DNA of 63,746 nt, filler included, from Reclinomonas americana ATCC 50394 (lineage: Eukaryota), in NCBI GenBank assembly GCA_048213135.1. It is 8 parts of 5 records of this genome, joined end to end, with 100 filler letters (N's around TTAATTAATTAA, not from the genome) between each part and the next. Parts side by side here need not be neighbours in the genome. Positions count along the whole stretch, not along the records: positions 1 to 7,952 come from PS015274.1; positions 8,053 to 16,660 come from PS015274.1; positions 16,761 to 41,200 come from PS015275.1; 5 more parts are not named here. One strand, written 5' to 3'. Shown piece by piece: positions 1-26,314 of the stretch; the stretch's first letter is position 1, and each line of letters starts with the position of its first letter. The notes beneath the pieces were generated by a model. That model ran no database searches, was not told where the DNA came from, and was given only the letters and a program-made list of their open reading frames with translations. A program made the translations under genes and the position numbers.

Positions 1-312
1 TTTTTTTACGCTTTGTGCACTTCATTGCCACTCTGCGCGCCACTCTTTGCACAGTGTGCTTTACTGGGCACGGCTAAGCGTGTTTGTGTGTTTCTTTGGT
101 CAGTTGACTGGAGTGGGCGGTGAATTGCAGTTTGGCGCGAAAAAATCGTAACGTTTCTTTTCTCTGTTTCTGTGTTTGTGACGAGCAAAGAGGGAGTGTC
201 TCGTGTGTGTGCCGCGTTCGAGTGTGCATCTGTTTTGTTTGTCTCTCTCTGTGTGTGTGTGTTGATTTGTGTGTGAGTGGTTGTGTGGATGTCGCGCTCT
301 GCTCTGGCTCCC

Positions 313-15109
<14,797 letters not shown>

Positions 15110-15974
15110 GAAGAAAGAGGCAAGTGACGGAATTTGTTGGAATGAAAGAAGGAAGTGCAATGACAGCACAGGCGGTGGAAGGGCGAATAAGGGCAAGGGC
15201 CGAGGGAAGAAGGGATGCTGCCCTTCGACCGCCTCTCTCATTTACCCTCAACAGCAACCGTTGCTTGAGCTATCCCTTGCTATCGTTATGTATTCCGAGG
15301 CTCAGAGATCATGGATGTATACGTGAAGTGTCGCTGGTAACTGAGGACAAGGGTCAGCGGGCAGCGACGACCTTTGGAGCCTGATGGAAGTGTTGAGCTG
15401 CTGAACACGAAGTCGAGGACAATCCATAACTGTAGTGTCCTCTCCTTCAGTTCCTTGCTTCTGTAGGCTTCCTCTCTTACGAGAGCAAGCCACCTGGTTG
15501 GCACTTCCGTGGTGGTACGGAACTCTCTCCAATCGTAGTCAAGAGAGCGACATTTTCTGGCCAGTTTTCGGCATTTGGACATTCCAAGGACACCAAGGGT
15601 CAAGAAACGGGTAGCGCTTAGGGTCAATAGGTACAGAGGACCGAACTGGCCATGGGTTCAGCAAAACCTGCCCTTTCTCATCGATCCTCGACTCGACATG
15701 GATAAATTGATATCAGCAGGACACGGAAGTGTTCAAGGCTTGTCTTGAGTCCCCTTTCAGCTGTATACACAAAAATCCACATCAAGCAGCCCTGGCCTTG
15801 ATGCCGTTTTGCAAGCTCGACGTCGCGCAGAAAGAATTCCGAACAACGTCGCGACGTTTCCGCCTTTTGGTTTTTGACATTTTACGAAGTTGCTCCGTGT
15901 CGACGCCACACGCGTCGCTCAGAGTAAACTAGAGAAAAGAAGAAAGAAAGTAAGAGAGAGTGAGTGAGAACACT

Positions 15975-16013
15975 ATGTTGGATCCAGCAACAAGTTTCGC
16001 GGTCGCGCTCAAG

Positions 16014-16061
<48 letters not shown>

Positions 16062-16760
16062 AAGAGAAAGAGAGAGGGAGAGAGGGAGGAGAGAGGGAGG
16101 AGAGGAGGGAGGGAGAGGAGGGAGAAGAGAGAGAGAGGAAGAGAGATGAAGTGTCTTGCAAGAACTGATGCAACTATCACACGATCACTCATGCACATGC
16201 ACACACACACTCGCTCACTCACTCGCTCACTGACTCACTCACTCACTCACTCACTCACTCACTCACTCACTCACTCACTCACTCACTCACTCACTCACTC
16301 ACACACACACACACACTCACTCACTCACTCACTCACTCACTCACTCACACACACTCTCACACTCACTCACACACTCACTCACTCACTCACTCACTCACTC
16401 ACGCACACACACACTCTGTCTCCCTCCCTCTCACTTGCATCTTTCCCGTTCCCTTCTCTGACTCGCTCCCTCCCTTCCCTCCCTTTACAGATCACCAGCA
16501 GCACCGCGCGCTCTCGCTCTCTCTCCGCGCCCACCTCGCCTCCTCAACAAGGCTCCCCTCCACCAGCCTCCTCCTCTTCATCATCTCCACCTCCATCATC
16601 CGTGGCAGTGGATGGGGAGAGCAGTGCTGCTTCGTTTGTGCGTGCAGTGTCGGCGACACANNNNNNNNNNNNNNNNNNNNNNNNNNNNNNNNNNNNNNNN
16701 NNNNTTAATTAATTAANNNNNNNNNNNNNNNNNNNNNNNNNNNNNNNNNNNNNNNNNNNN

Positions 16761-16820
<60 letters not shown>

Positions 16821-17040
16821 CTGAGAAAGAGATATGTAGTCAGAGGGGAGAGAGTGTATGGGTGAGAGAGTAACGCAGACAGAGACAACACACTGACAGA
16901 CAGACAGACACAGACAGACAGACAGTCAGAGAGAGAGAGAGAGGGAGAGAGAGAGAGAGAGAGACGAGAGAACACAGACAGAGACAACACACTGACAGAA
17001 TGACAGCCAGCCAGCCAGCCAGCCAGTCAGTCAGTCAGTC

Positions 17041-17089
<49 letters not shown>

Positions 17090-20000
17090 TAGACAGACAG
17101 ACATACAGAGAGAGAGAGAGAGAGAGAGATAGAGAGAAACAAAGAGAGGCACAGCAGTAGAGGCAACGTGAGATTGCTGGGGCAGTGGTGAGCGACAGAG
17201 GAAAGGAATAGAGCGGCTGCGTGATGTGAGTGCGCGAAAAAGGCAGTGCTGAGAGAGGAGAGTGAAAGAGAGAGGGCTGAGAGGGCAACTGAGTAAGTTG
17301 AGAGGTTGAAAGGGTGCAGTGCTGAGGGAGACAGCAGTGAGCGATGAGACTGCGCGAGGTGACGAGGCAGTGGCGAGGGATAGAGGCCAAGTTAGAGGAG
17401 TACAAGAAGAGAGGCGACTGAGTGTGAGGTGAGAGGGCAAAAGGGCCGTAAAGATCGACAGAGGATGAGACGGGGTGACAGTGACGGATGCGGAGAGCAA
17501 CTGTAGGCTGAGGGCGGGCGAAAGGGGCGTGGGAAAGAAGATAGGCAGAGAGTAACTGAGTGAGGCGAGACAGTGAATGAGAAGAACATGAGCTGCTCGT
17601 CCTTCCCGCGTGTCGTGGCTTTTGAGGTGTTTTGGTGCGCCCGTTGGCATACCTCTCAGTCACTCTTATTGCATGTTAGATCAGCTTTCAAGTCCATTCT
17701 TTCGCCCTTTCCTCTCCTTTCTGTCGAGCACGTGCCGTTGATTTGTGAAGAGTTGAGTCTTGCGATCATAACGATGATTGAGCTGGTGAAGCGAGTCTCT
17801 GATCATTGTGCCACTGAGAGACAAGTGAGGGTGCACATCCAGCTTCCCATGCATTCTCTCTCTTTCTCTCTCCACATGCGCTATTTCACCTCTGCTTCCT
17901 CTCACCCATTTCTCCCTCTTGTCCTCCGCCCTCTCCCTCTTCCATCCCTCTCACCTCTCCCTCTCTAGCCACCAACGACGAATTCTACCGCACCGCCGTC
18001 GAACCCCTCGTCGCCGACTTTTGCACCGGCGTCAACTGCACGATGTTCTCCTACGGCAAGGAAGGCTGCGGCCAGACCGGCCTCCTCTTTGGTAACACAC
18101 CCGGCGACGAGGGCATGCTGTTTCGCATTCTCGATCGCATGTTTGAGATTCTGCGCCAGCGCGGAACATCGGCCGAACTGTCGTGCTCCCTGATATTACT
18201 GCACCCCGACGCCATTGAGGATCTCTTTGTCGGCAGTGGTGGTACGTTCCCTTGTGAAGATGGATAGATGGCGATTGTGCACTCACCCACCTTGCGGTGG
18301 TTGGTAGGCATGAGTGGCGGCAGCAGTAGTGGCGGATCGTCGGTCAGCAAGTCGCCACCGACTGCCTCGGCGGCTGCATCGGCAGCCGGTGCCAATGGCG
18401 GCAGTGCACGGTTTGTCGTGTGGAGTCTCCCTTCTGCGCCTGTGGTTGCTGACCTTCTGCGGCACAGTCGAGTGTCCACCCAGCGATCGACCACGCGCTC
18501 CAATCGCGAGGCACCGGCACCACGCATTCGCGGCACGGTGGATCTGGGATTCTTTGTGGATGGCGTGTGTGAGCGGCTGGTTGACAGTCCGCGTCGCACG
18601 GCAGAGTTGCGTTGGCAGGGGAGAGAGAGAGAGGAAGGGAAAAGGAGGTGCTGGAGTCCGACTTGCTTCGGGCGTGTTGTCGCATTCTGCTGCGTCTCCA
18701 TCTGATTCATGGTCCCTTTCGCTTCGTTGTTCTCTCTGCTGTTATTTCTTTCTGTCCCTTTCTTCTTTTTCCTTCTTCTTCTCCTTCTTCTTTTCCTTCT
18801 TCTTCTTCTTCCTCTTCTCCTCCTCCTCCTGCCCCTCATCCTCCTCCTCTTCTTTTTTCTTCATCTTCCTCTTCTTCTTGTTCTTGTTCTTCTTCTTTCT
18901 TGTTCTTGTTCTTGTTCTTCTTCTTTCTTCTTCTTCGTGTTCTTCTTCTCTCTCCCATTCTTCATCTCGGCCCTCTCTCCCTTTCTCTCCGCTGTTTCTT
19001 TTTTTCCTCCTCTCCCTCCCATTTCCCTTCTTGGTCCTCCCTTTACTGCGCTTCTGTCATTGCCCTGCATGCGTTCTTCTGTGGCCGTATCGCTGGATCA
19101 TGTTTGAGTCGTCGTGCTGCAGAGACTTTTCTGCAAGCGTTTCCATCTCCATGCACAGTTTTGATGCCCTCCAATTGTGTCTCTTCAGACAGTCTTTCAT
19201 TGGTGCATCCTTTTTGGAGTTCTCTCTGCTCATCTTTCATTTCTCCATTCGCAGTGCCGTGGCCGAGGCACTGCATCGTGCGCGACAAGAACTCCGGCGG
19301 CGCTCACGTTCCAACGACGCCTTCAAGCAGACCCATGTGATTTTCTCCATCAGCGCCAAGCAGCACACAACGGCGGAGTTTCGAGCAGTGGAGTCCAAGG
19401 TCGGCGATTCTCCTTCTCAATGCTATTCGATTTCGTCCTCACATGCCGTATGCCTTCTGTCACTCTCAATCTCTCTCCTTATTTCTCGTGTGTTCCTGCA
19501 CCATCCGCCTTGTGCCTTTCTCTCCCACGCACTTCCACGCACTTCCACTCACTTCAACTCTCCCATTCTCTCCCACCTCTCTCTCTCTCTCTCATCTTTC
19601 CTCTTTCCACTATGCTCCCCGCCCTCATTTGCTTTACACATTGCATTTCTCTTGCCCCTCTCTGTCTCATCCCTTCTCCCTTTCCCCTTTCCCTATTCAG
19701 TTCTTCATTGCGGACCTGTGCGGCACGGGCGAAGCCAAGAACAACAAGGACATGCTCACCATGTCTCGCGTCATCATGATGCTGACGGAGGACCGCGCGC
19801 CCACCCCTGCCGCCTCCCCAGCCCCCTCTCCACCGCCTGCGGACGGAGCGAGCCCCATTTCGCCGCGAACCGTGCCGTACCGCGACTCGAAACTCACATC
19901 GATCTTGCATCACGCATTTGGTGGCAACTGTCGGACGGTGACTGCGTGATGTTGAAGCGCGCCCTCTCTTGATATGTTGCTTCTCAATACCTTTGCTTAT

Positions 20001-23000
20001 TCGCAGTTGATGGTCGCCTGTGTGACTGCTGATGAGAGTGACAGCGTGGAGTCGCTGAACACGCTGCGGTATGCGGAGCGGGCGCAGCGAATTGTCAATG
20101 TGCCACGACAAAACTTTTGGGAGGAGGAGGTCGACGCGTTGCAGTTGTATCATATGGAGCGGAGAGTGGAAACGATTGAGGATGAGATGGAGGTGAGTTG
20201 AGGGGTTAATGAGCAGGACGCGACACTCATCATCTCTTGTTGCAACTCTAATCTTGTGTCTCCCGTTACCTCGAGTTCAACCATCCGTCTGTTCTCGTGT
20301 CACGTGCACCTCCTTGTGAATTATCGTTCAGAGATCTCCAACATCTCAGACTTTCGACTCGTTTTACACCACATCTCATCTTTTCTTGTGAATCATCTCT
20401 GTCTGCTCTGTGTCGCTCGCCACATCGTGATTCTCTTGAGTCATCACCTGTTACACTTTGTTGTTGCCACTTGATTTCGCATAGTGCACCTCTCCTCTTG
20501 TATTGCTGTGAACTGTCATCTTCATCTTATTTATCTCGCTGGTCTTCTCGAACTTCTCTTTGTTGCAACTTTTCCTTGCATCGCTAGTCTTCTCGTCTGA
20601 ATAATAGCCAGATCACGATCACCATGCTCTCTCTTGTCCTCTCGTTGTCTTACAATCACGGCATCTCAAGTTGAACAGCCTCACCTTTTTGGCTCACCCG
20701 TATCTGACGCCTCCCCCCTTCCCTCTCTTCCCCATCTCTTCCCCTCTCTTCCCCTCTCTTCCCCTCTCTTCCCCTCTCTTCCCCTCTCTTCCCTCTCTTC
20801 CCCTCTCTTCCCCTCTCTTCCCTCTCTCTTCCCCCACTCTTCCCCTGTCCCACTCTTCCCCTCTCTCTTCCTCTCTCTTCCTCTCTCTTACCCTCTCTTC
20901 CCCATCTCTTCCCCATCTCTTCCCTATCTCTCCCATCTCTCCCCTCTCTCCTCTCTTCCTCTCTTCCTCTCTTCCTCTCNNNNNNNNNNNNNNNNNNNNN
21001 NNNNNNNNNNNNNNNNNNNNNNNNNNNNNNNNNNNNNNNNNNNNNNNNNNNNNNNNNNNNNNNNNNNNNNNNNNNNNNNNNNNNNNNNNNNNNNNNNNNN
21101 NNNNNNNNNNNNNNNNNNNNNNNNNNNNNNNNNNNNNNNNNNNNNNNNNNNNNNNNNNNNNNNNNNNNNNNNNNNNNNNNNNNNNNNNNNNNNNNNNNNN
21201 NNNNNNNNNNNNNNNNNNNNNNNNNNNNNNNNNNNNNNNNNNNNNNNNNNNNNNNNNNNNNNNNNNNNNNNNNNNNNNNNNNNNNNNNNNNNNNNNNNNN
21301 NNNNNNNNNNNNNNNNNNNNNNNNNNNNNNNNNNNNNNNNNNNNNNNNNNNNNNNNNNNNNNNNNNNNNNNNNNNNNNNNNNNNNNNNNNNNNNNNNNNN
21401 NNNNNNNNNNNNNNNNNNNNNNNNNNNNNNNNNNNNNNNNNNNNNNNNNNNNNNNNNNNNNNNNNNNNNNNNNNNNNNNNNNNNNNNNNNNNNNNNNNNN
21501 NNNNNNNNNNNNNNNNNNNNNNNNNNNNNNNNNNNNNNNNNNNNNNNNNNNNNNNNNNNNNNNNNNNNNNNNNNNNNNNNNNNNNNNNNNNNNNNNNNNN
21601 NNNNNNNNNNNNNNNNNNNNNNNNNNNNNNNNNNNNNNNNNNNNNNNNNNNNNNNNNNNNNNNNNNNNNNNNNNNNNNNNNNNNNNNNNNNNNNNNNNNN
21701 NNNNNNNNNNNNNNNNNNNNNNNNNNNNNNNNNNNNNNNNNNNNNNNNNNNNNNNNNNNNNNNNNNNNNNNNNNNNNNNNNNNNNNNNNNNNNNNNNNNN
21801 NNNNNNNNNNNNNNNNNNNNNNNNNNNNNNNNNNNNNNNNNNNNNNNNNNNNNNNNNNNNNNNNNNNNNNNNNNNNNNNNNNNNNNNNNNNNNNNNNNNN
21901 NNNNNNNNNNNNNNNNNNNNNNNNNNNNNNNNNNNNNNNNNNNNNNNNNNNNNNNNNNNNNNNNTCTCTTCCCCCTCTCTTCCCCTCTCCTGTCCTCTCT
22001 TCCTCTCTCTTCCCTTTCTCTCCTCCCCTCTCTTCCCTCTCCCCTTCTCTCTCCCCTCCCCTTTCCCTCTCTCTTCTTTTTCTCCCTTTCCCCATTTCCC
22101 CCTTCCCTTCTCTTTGCATCCCACGGCTGAGTGCTTTGCCCTCCTGTCAGTGCCTGGGTCCGTCTGCCGCGTCGGCCTCAAGCGCCCGCAGCAGCAACGC
22201 TCCCAACGGCAATCCGCATGTGCGTCTTGCTATCTATTCTTCCTTTCTCTCTGTGTCTCCCTTTATCACTCCCCTTTTATTGTCTTCCCCTTTTCCTTTT
22301 CTTTGAGCTCACCGTGCCACCGCCACAGATGATCATGGCAAAACGCGACTGGTACGAAGGCCGCATCGCCGAACTCACGCAAGAAAACGAGGCACTACGC
22401 AACTCCGCCTCCGATGCGCAGCGAGTGGCAGAGCTGGAGGATGACCTCGCCACGCAGGACAATCTACGTCGGCAACTCGAGGTGAATGCGTGTTGCGTGC
22501 TTTTCTGGTACGCTGCTGTGTTTTCTCATCTGCGCGACAGGAACAACTGGTTGAGCTTGGGGAGTCGGCTGCTGCCGCAAAGCAGGAGCGCGACAAGCTG
22601 CAGTCGCAACTGCAGGAGTCTTCTGCTCGAGAGGCCAAGGTTCCGTTCTGGGAGTCGTAGTGCTTCCTATCTCTCCGTCCCAATTGGCTGATCGTCTCTC
22701 TGTGCATGACAGCTGACCAGTGAGCAAGAGACCACAAAGAAGACCCTCGCGCAAGTAACCGCCAAGGTTCACACAATCTCTACTTGGGTGACCTCTTCGC
22801 AGTTCACTGACTCTTGGATGCAGTACGAGTCGGTGCTGGCCGAGGAGCGGCGCAAGAGCAAGTCGCTGCAGGAGCAACTGGCGGCACAACAAAAGACAAT
22901 CAAGGAGCACGATGAGCAGATGGAGGGCGTCGGCGAGACGATGCAGCAGCTCAAGCTGATCATTGACAGCATGCAGTCGGACTCGGCGTCGCTGACCGCA

Positions 23001-26000
23001 GAGAACGAGAAGGTGCGTCTTCGTCTTCTTCTTTGCTGTTGCTCTCTCTTCCCTCTCTCTTACCCTTGTTGTGCAGCTTGTTGCCGAGCTCGCCGAAGAG
23101 CGTGCGCGACGTGCGACACTCGACGCCACCCAACAAGCTGGTGACGGAGACTTGCGAAACATGGTGGCTTCACTCTCGGCTGCCAAGACCGAGTTGGAAC
23201 ATCAGCGACGAGAGGTGCGCCTGTTTGTTTCCGCCGTCCTCGATCCCCACCTCCCCTTCTCCTTGTCTCAAGACCCTTCCCTGCCCCTTTCGTCCTGCAC
23301 AGTTGATGAAGCAGTTGCAGACGGAGCGTGAAGCGGTGGCATCCAGCAAACTGGAACTGGATGCGGCGTTTGCTGCGGCTCGTCGACTGGAGACGCTGCT
23401 GGTGGCCTCGCCAGAGCGCTTGTCGAGTCCGGGAAGCACCGCTCGTGCGCCGCCGTCGCCGTCGTCCACCACACTCCTGCGCTCGCTGGAGGTGTCGACC
23501 AAGGCTGTCACGCAGTTGCAAGGTATTGCATCACTCGAGAGCATCTTGGTGTGCCACACCCATTGCTGAAGTTTTCGTGGTCGCCGCAGATGACTTGCGA
23601 CAAGATCGACGCGCCATGGTGGAAATCAGCGAAAAGATGATTGAGGTATATGCGGTCGAACAACAGCATGCTGCAGAAAAGATTGTGTGCTCACCCTGCG
23701 CATCATGCAGTACCAAGCTGCATTGCAGCGGGAGCGAGAGACGGCAGAGACGCTGGGCGATGAGGTGCACGAGCTCACGGAGCGGCTCAAGCAGTACGAC
23801 AGCGAACGCGAGAGTTACGAGCAACGCAGTGCACGGTCACTTGGAGAATGTCGTGCTGTTCTCATTTACTTCCCTGCCTCGCAGTCAAATCGTCACTGGC
23901 CGCCATGTTGCCTTCATCGCAGCCACCAACTCCCACCAGGGCGGCCGAGAAGCTGCAGCAGATGGAGCGACGCCTGCAGCAGACCGAGCAGAGCTTGCTG
24001 GACGCTGAACAGTGCTCACAAGAACTGACCGACGCGCTGGCCACGTCGCGCCGTCAGCAGGGCGAGCTCGACGAGCAGCTGGAGATCAACAAGAAGGAGT
24101 TGGAGGAGGAGCGACTGCGAGTTGCGGAGCTGTCAGAAGCTCTGCGTAAATCCACGGAGCAACTTCAACAGGCGCACAAGGAGGTCGAGCAACGGAAGAA
24201 GGAGCTCGCCGATGCGCTGGCCAGTCGCGACGCGATCACCGCCAGTGTGCGCGCCGCTGAGGAGCAGGCGAATGCGGAGCGGCAGCGTAACGCGGAGTTG
24301 TCGGAGGCCCTCAGAAAGTCCACGGAGCAGCTGCAGCAGGCGCAAAAGGCGGTCGAGCAGGAGCAACATCGCAACAAGGAGCTCACTGACGCGCTCGCCA
24401 ATCATGACGAGGTCGCTGCGAGCGCGCGCAGCGGTGAAGAACAGGCGGGCGCTGAGCGGCGACGGAACGCGGAGCTGTCAGAGGCGCTGCGGAAATCAAC
24501 TGAGCAACTGCAACAAGCGCAAAAAGAGGTCGAACGACAGAAGAAGGAGCTCGCCGATGCGCTTGCCAGTCGCAACAAGGCCGCTGCTGGCAACGCGGAG
24601 CTGTCGGAGGCGCTGCGGAAGTCAACTGAACAACTGCAGCAGTCACACAAGGAGGTTGAGCAGCAGAAGAAGGAGCTCGCCGATGCGCTCGCCAGTCGCG
24701 ACAAGGCCGCTGCTGGCAACGCAGAGCTCTCGGAAGCTCTCGGAAAGTCGACTGAGCAACTGCAGCAGGCGCACAAGGAGGTTGAGCAGCAGAAGAAGGA
24801 GCTTGCCGATGCGCTCGCCAGTCGCGACAAGACCGCTGCCAGTAACGCGGAGCTCTCGGAAGCCCTCAGAAAGTCGACGGAGCAACTGCAACAGGCACAC
24901 AAGGAGGTTGAGCAGCAGAAGAAGGAGCTCGCCGATGCGCATGCCGGTCGCGACAAGGTCGCTGCCAGCTCACACGCTGCGGAGGCACAGGCCGCAGAGC
25001 TGTCGGAGGCGCTGCGCAAGTCGACGGAGCAACTGCAGCAGGCACAAGCGGAGCTGGAGAAGCGGAAGAAGGAGCTCGCCGAAGCTCAAGCCTCTGCACG
25101 CTCGCTCGACCAGCAGCTGCAACAGAGCGTGAAGGAGCTGGAGGCGGAGCGACAGCGTGCCAAGGAGCTCACCGACACGTTGTGGTCCGCTCGCGATCAG
25201 CACGGCAAGGCCTCTGCCGACGCACGAACGGTGGAGGAGCAGTTGAAGCAGACGCGCAAGGAGCTCGAGCAGGAACGACAGCGAGTCAAGGAGTTGGCCG
25301 ACCAGCACAGCAGCACCGCCACTGGTGCGCGCACCATTGAGGAGCAGTTGGGGCAGGCGCGAGCCCGGCTTGCCCAGGAGCAATCGCATGGCGCCGAGGT
25401 GGAGGCCGCACTGGCATCCGTGCGTCAGCAGCACGAGGCCTTGACGGACCAGCTGCGTCAGGAGCAGGAAAGGTATCGCGTGCTGGAGGCGACGAGGGCG
25501 AGCGAGGCGGAGCGAGCGGCCGAGAGAATGCGTGCCGACACCAGCAAGTTGCGTGCGCTACAGTGCAAGAAGGAATGTCACGACGATCGGAACTAACGCA
25601 ACGCACACACGCACAGGATTGCTGAGTTGCAGGCGGCAGTGGCCGTGGCGGCGAGTCAACTGGAAGTGGTGCAGGGTGACTTGATGGCCGAGGCCGACCA
25701 GTCGACGCTGTTGCGACAAAAGGTGGCGAATGTCGAGGAGCAGCTGGCGCGCAGCCGGGAGGAGAATGGTTTGCGCGATTCCCAGGTTGTTTGTGAAGTC
25801 TCCTTCCGGCTCCCTCACTTTCGCGCTTCGTCAGAATCGCTCAAGCGGGATTTGTCGGCCGTGCTGGAACGTGCCGACAAGGCCGAGCGTGGCATGTCGG
25901 CGACCGCGCAGACTGTGGCCGAGGTGGAGGGCGATTTGCAGCAGGAGCGTGCGCAGCTGGCGGCCGTGCGACAACGTGTCAGTGCGCTGGAGAACGATGC

Positions 26001-26279
26001 ACTGGTGTTGCGCGAGGAGAAGCGCGCGCTCGTCAGCGAGAAGCAGCTGATGGTGGATGGAGCGAAGCGGGTGGAGCAGGAGTTTGCGCTGACGGTGAAG
26101 CAGGTGGCGACGTTGCAGGGGGTGTTGGAGGCGGCCACGCTGTCGGAGGTTGGTGGGGCAAAGGGGGAGAAAGGGGAAGGGGAAGGGGTTGGAGAAAGGG
26201 GAAGATTGGGGAATGGGGAAGAGTGGAGAGGGTAGGGTGAAGGTAAAGGGGAAGGGTGAAGGTAAAGGGGCAAGGGACT

Positions 26280-26314
<35 letters not shown>

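Noticed and set aside
15286-15932. Short ORFs between TOP2 and the kinesin-like gene
   Set aside because: No recognisable motif, coding bias or consistent splice pattern.
24121-24126. GTTGCG in the kinesin repeat exon
   Set aside because: It lies within an uninterrupted reading frame (R-V-A-E) with no need for an intron, so it was not counted as a donor.
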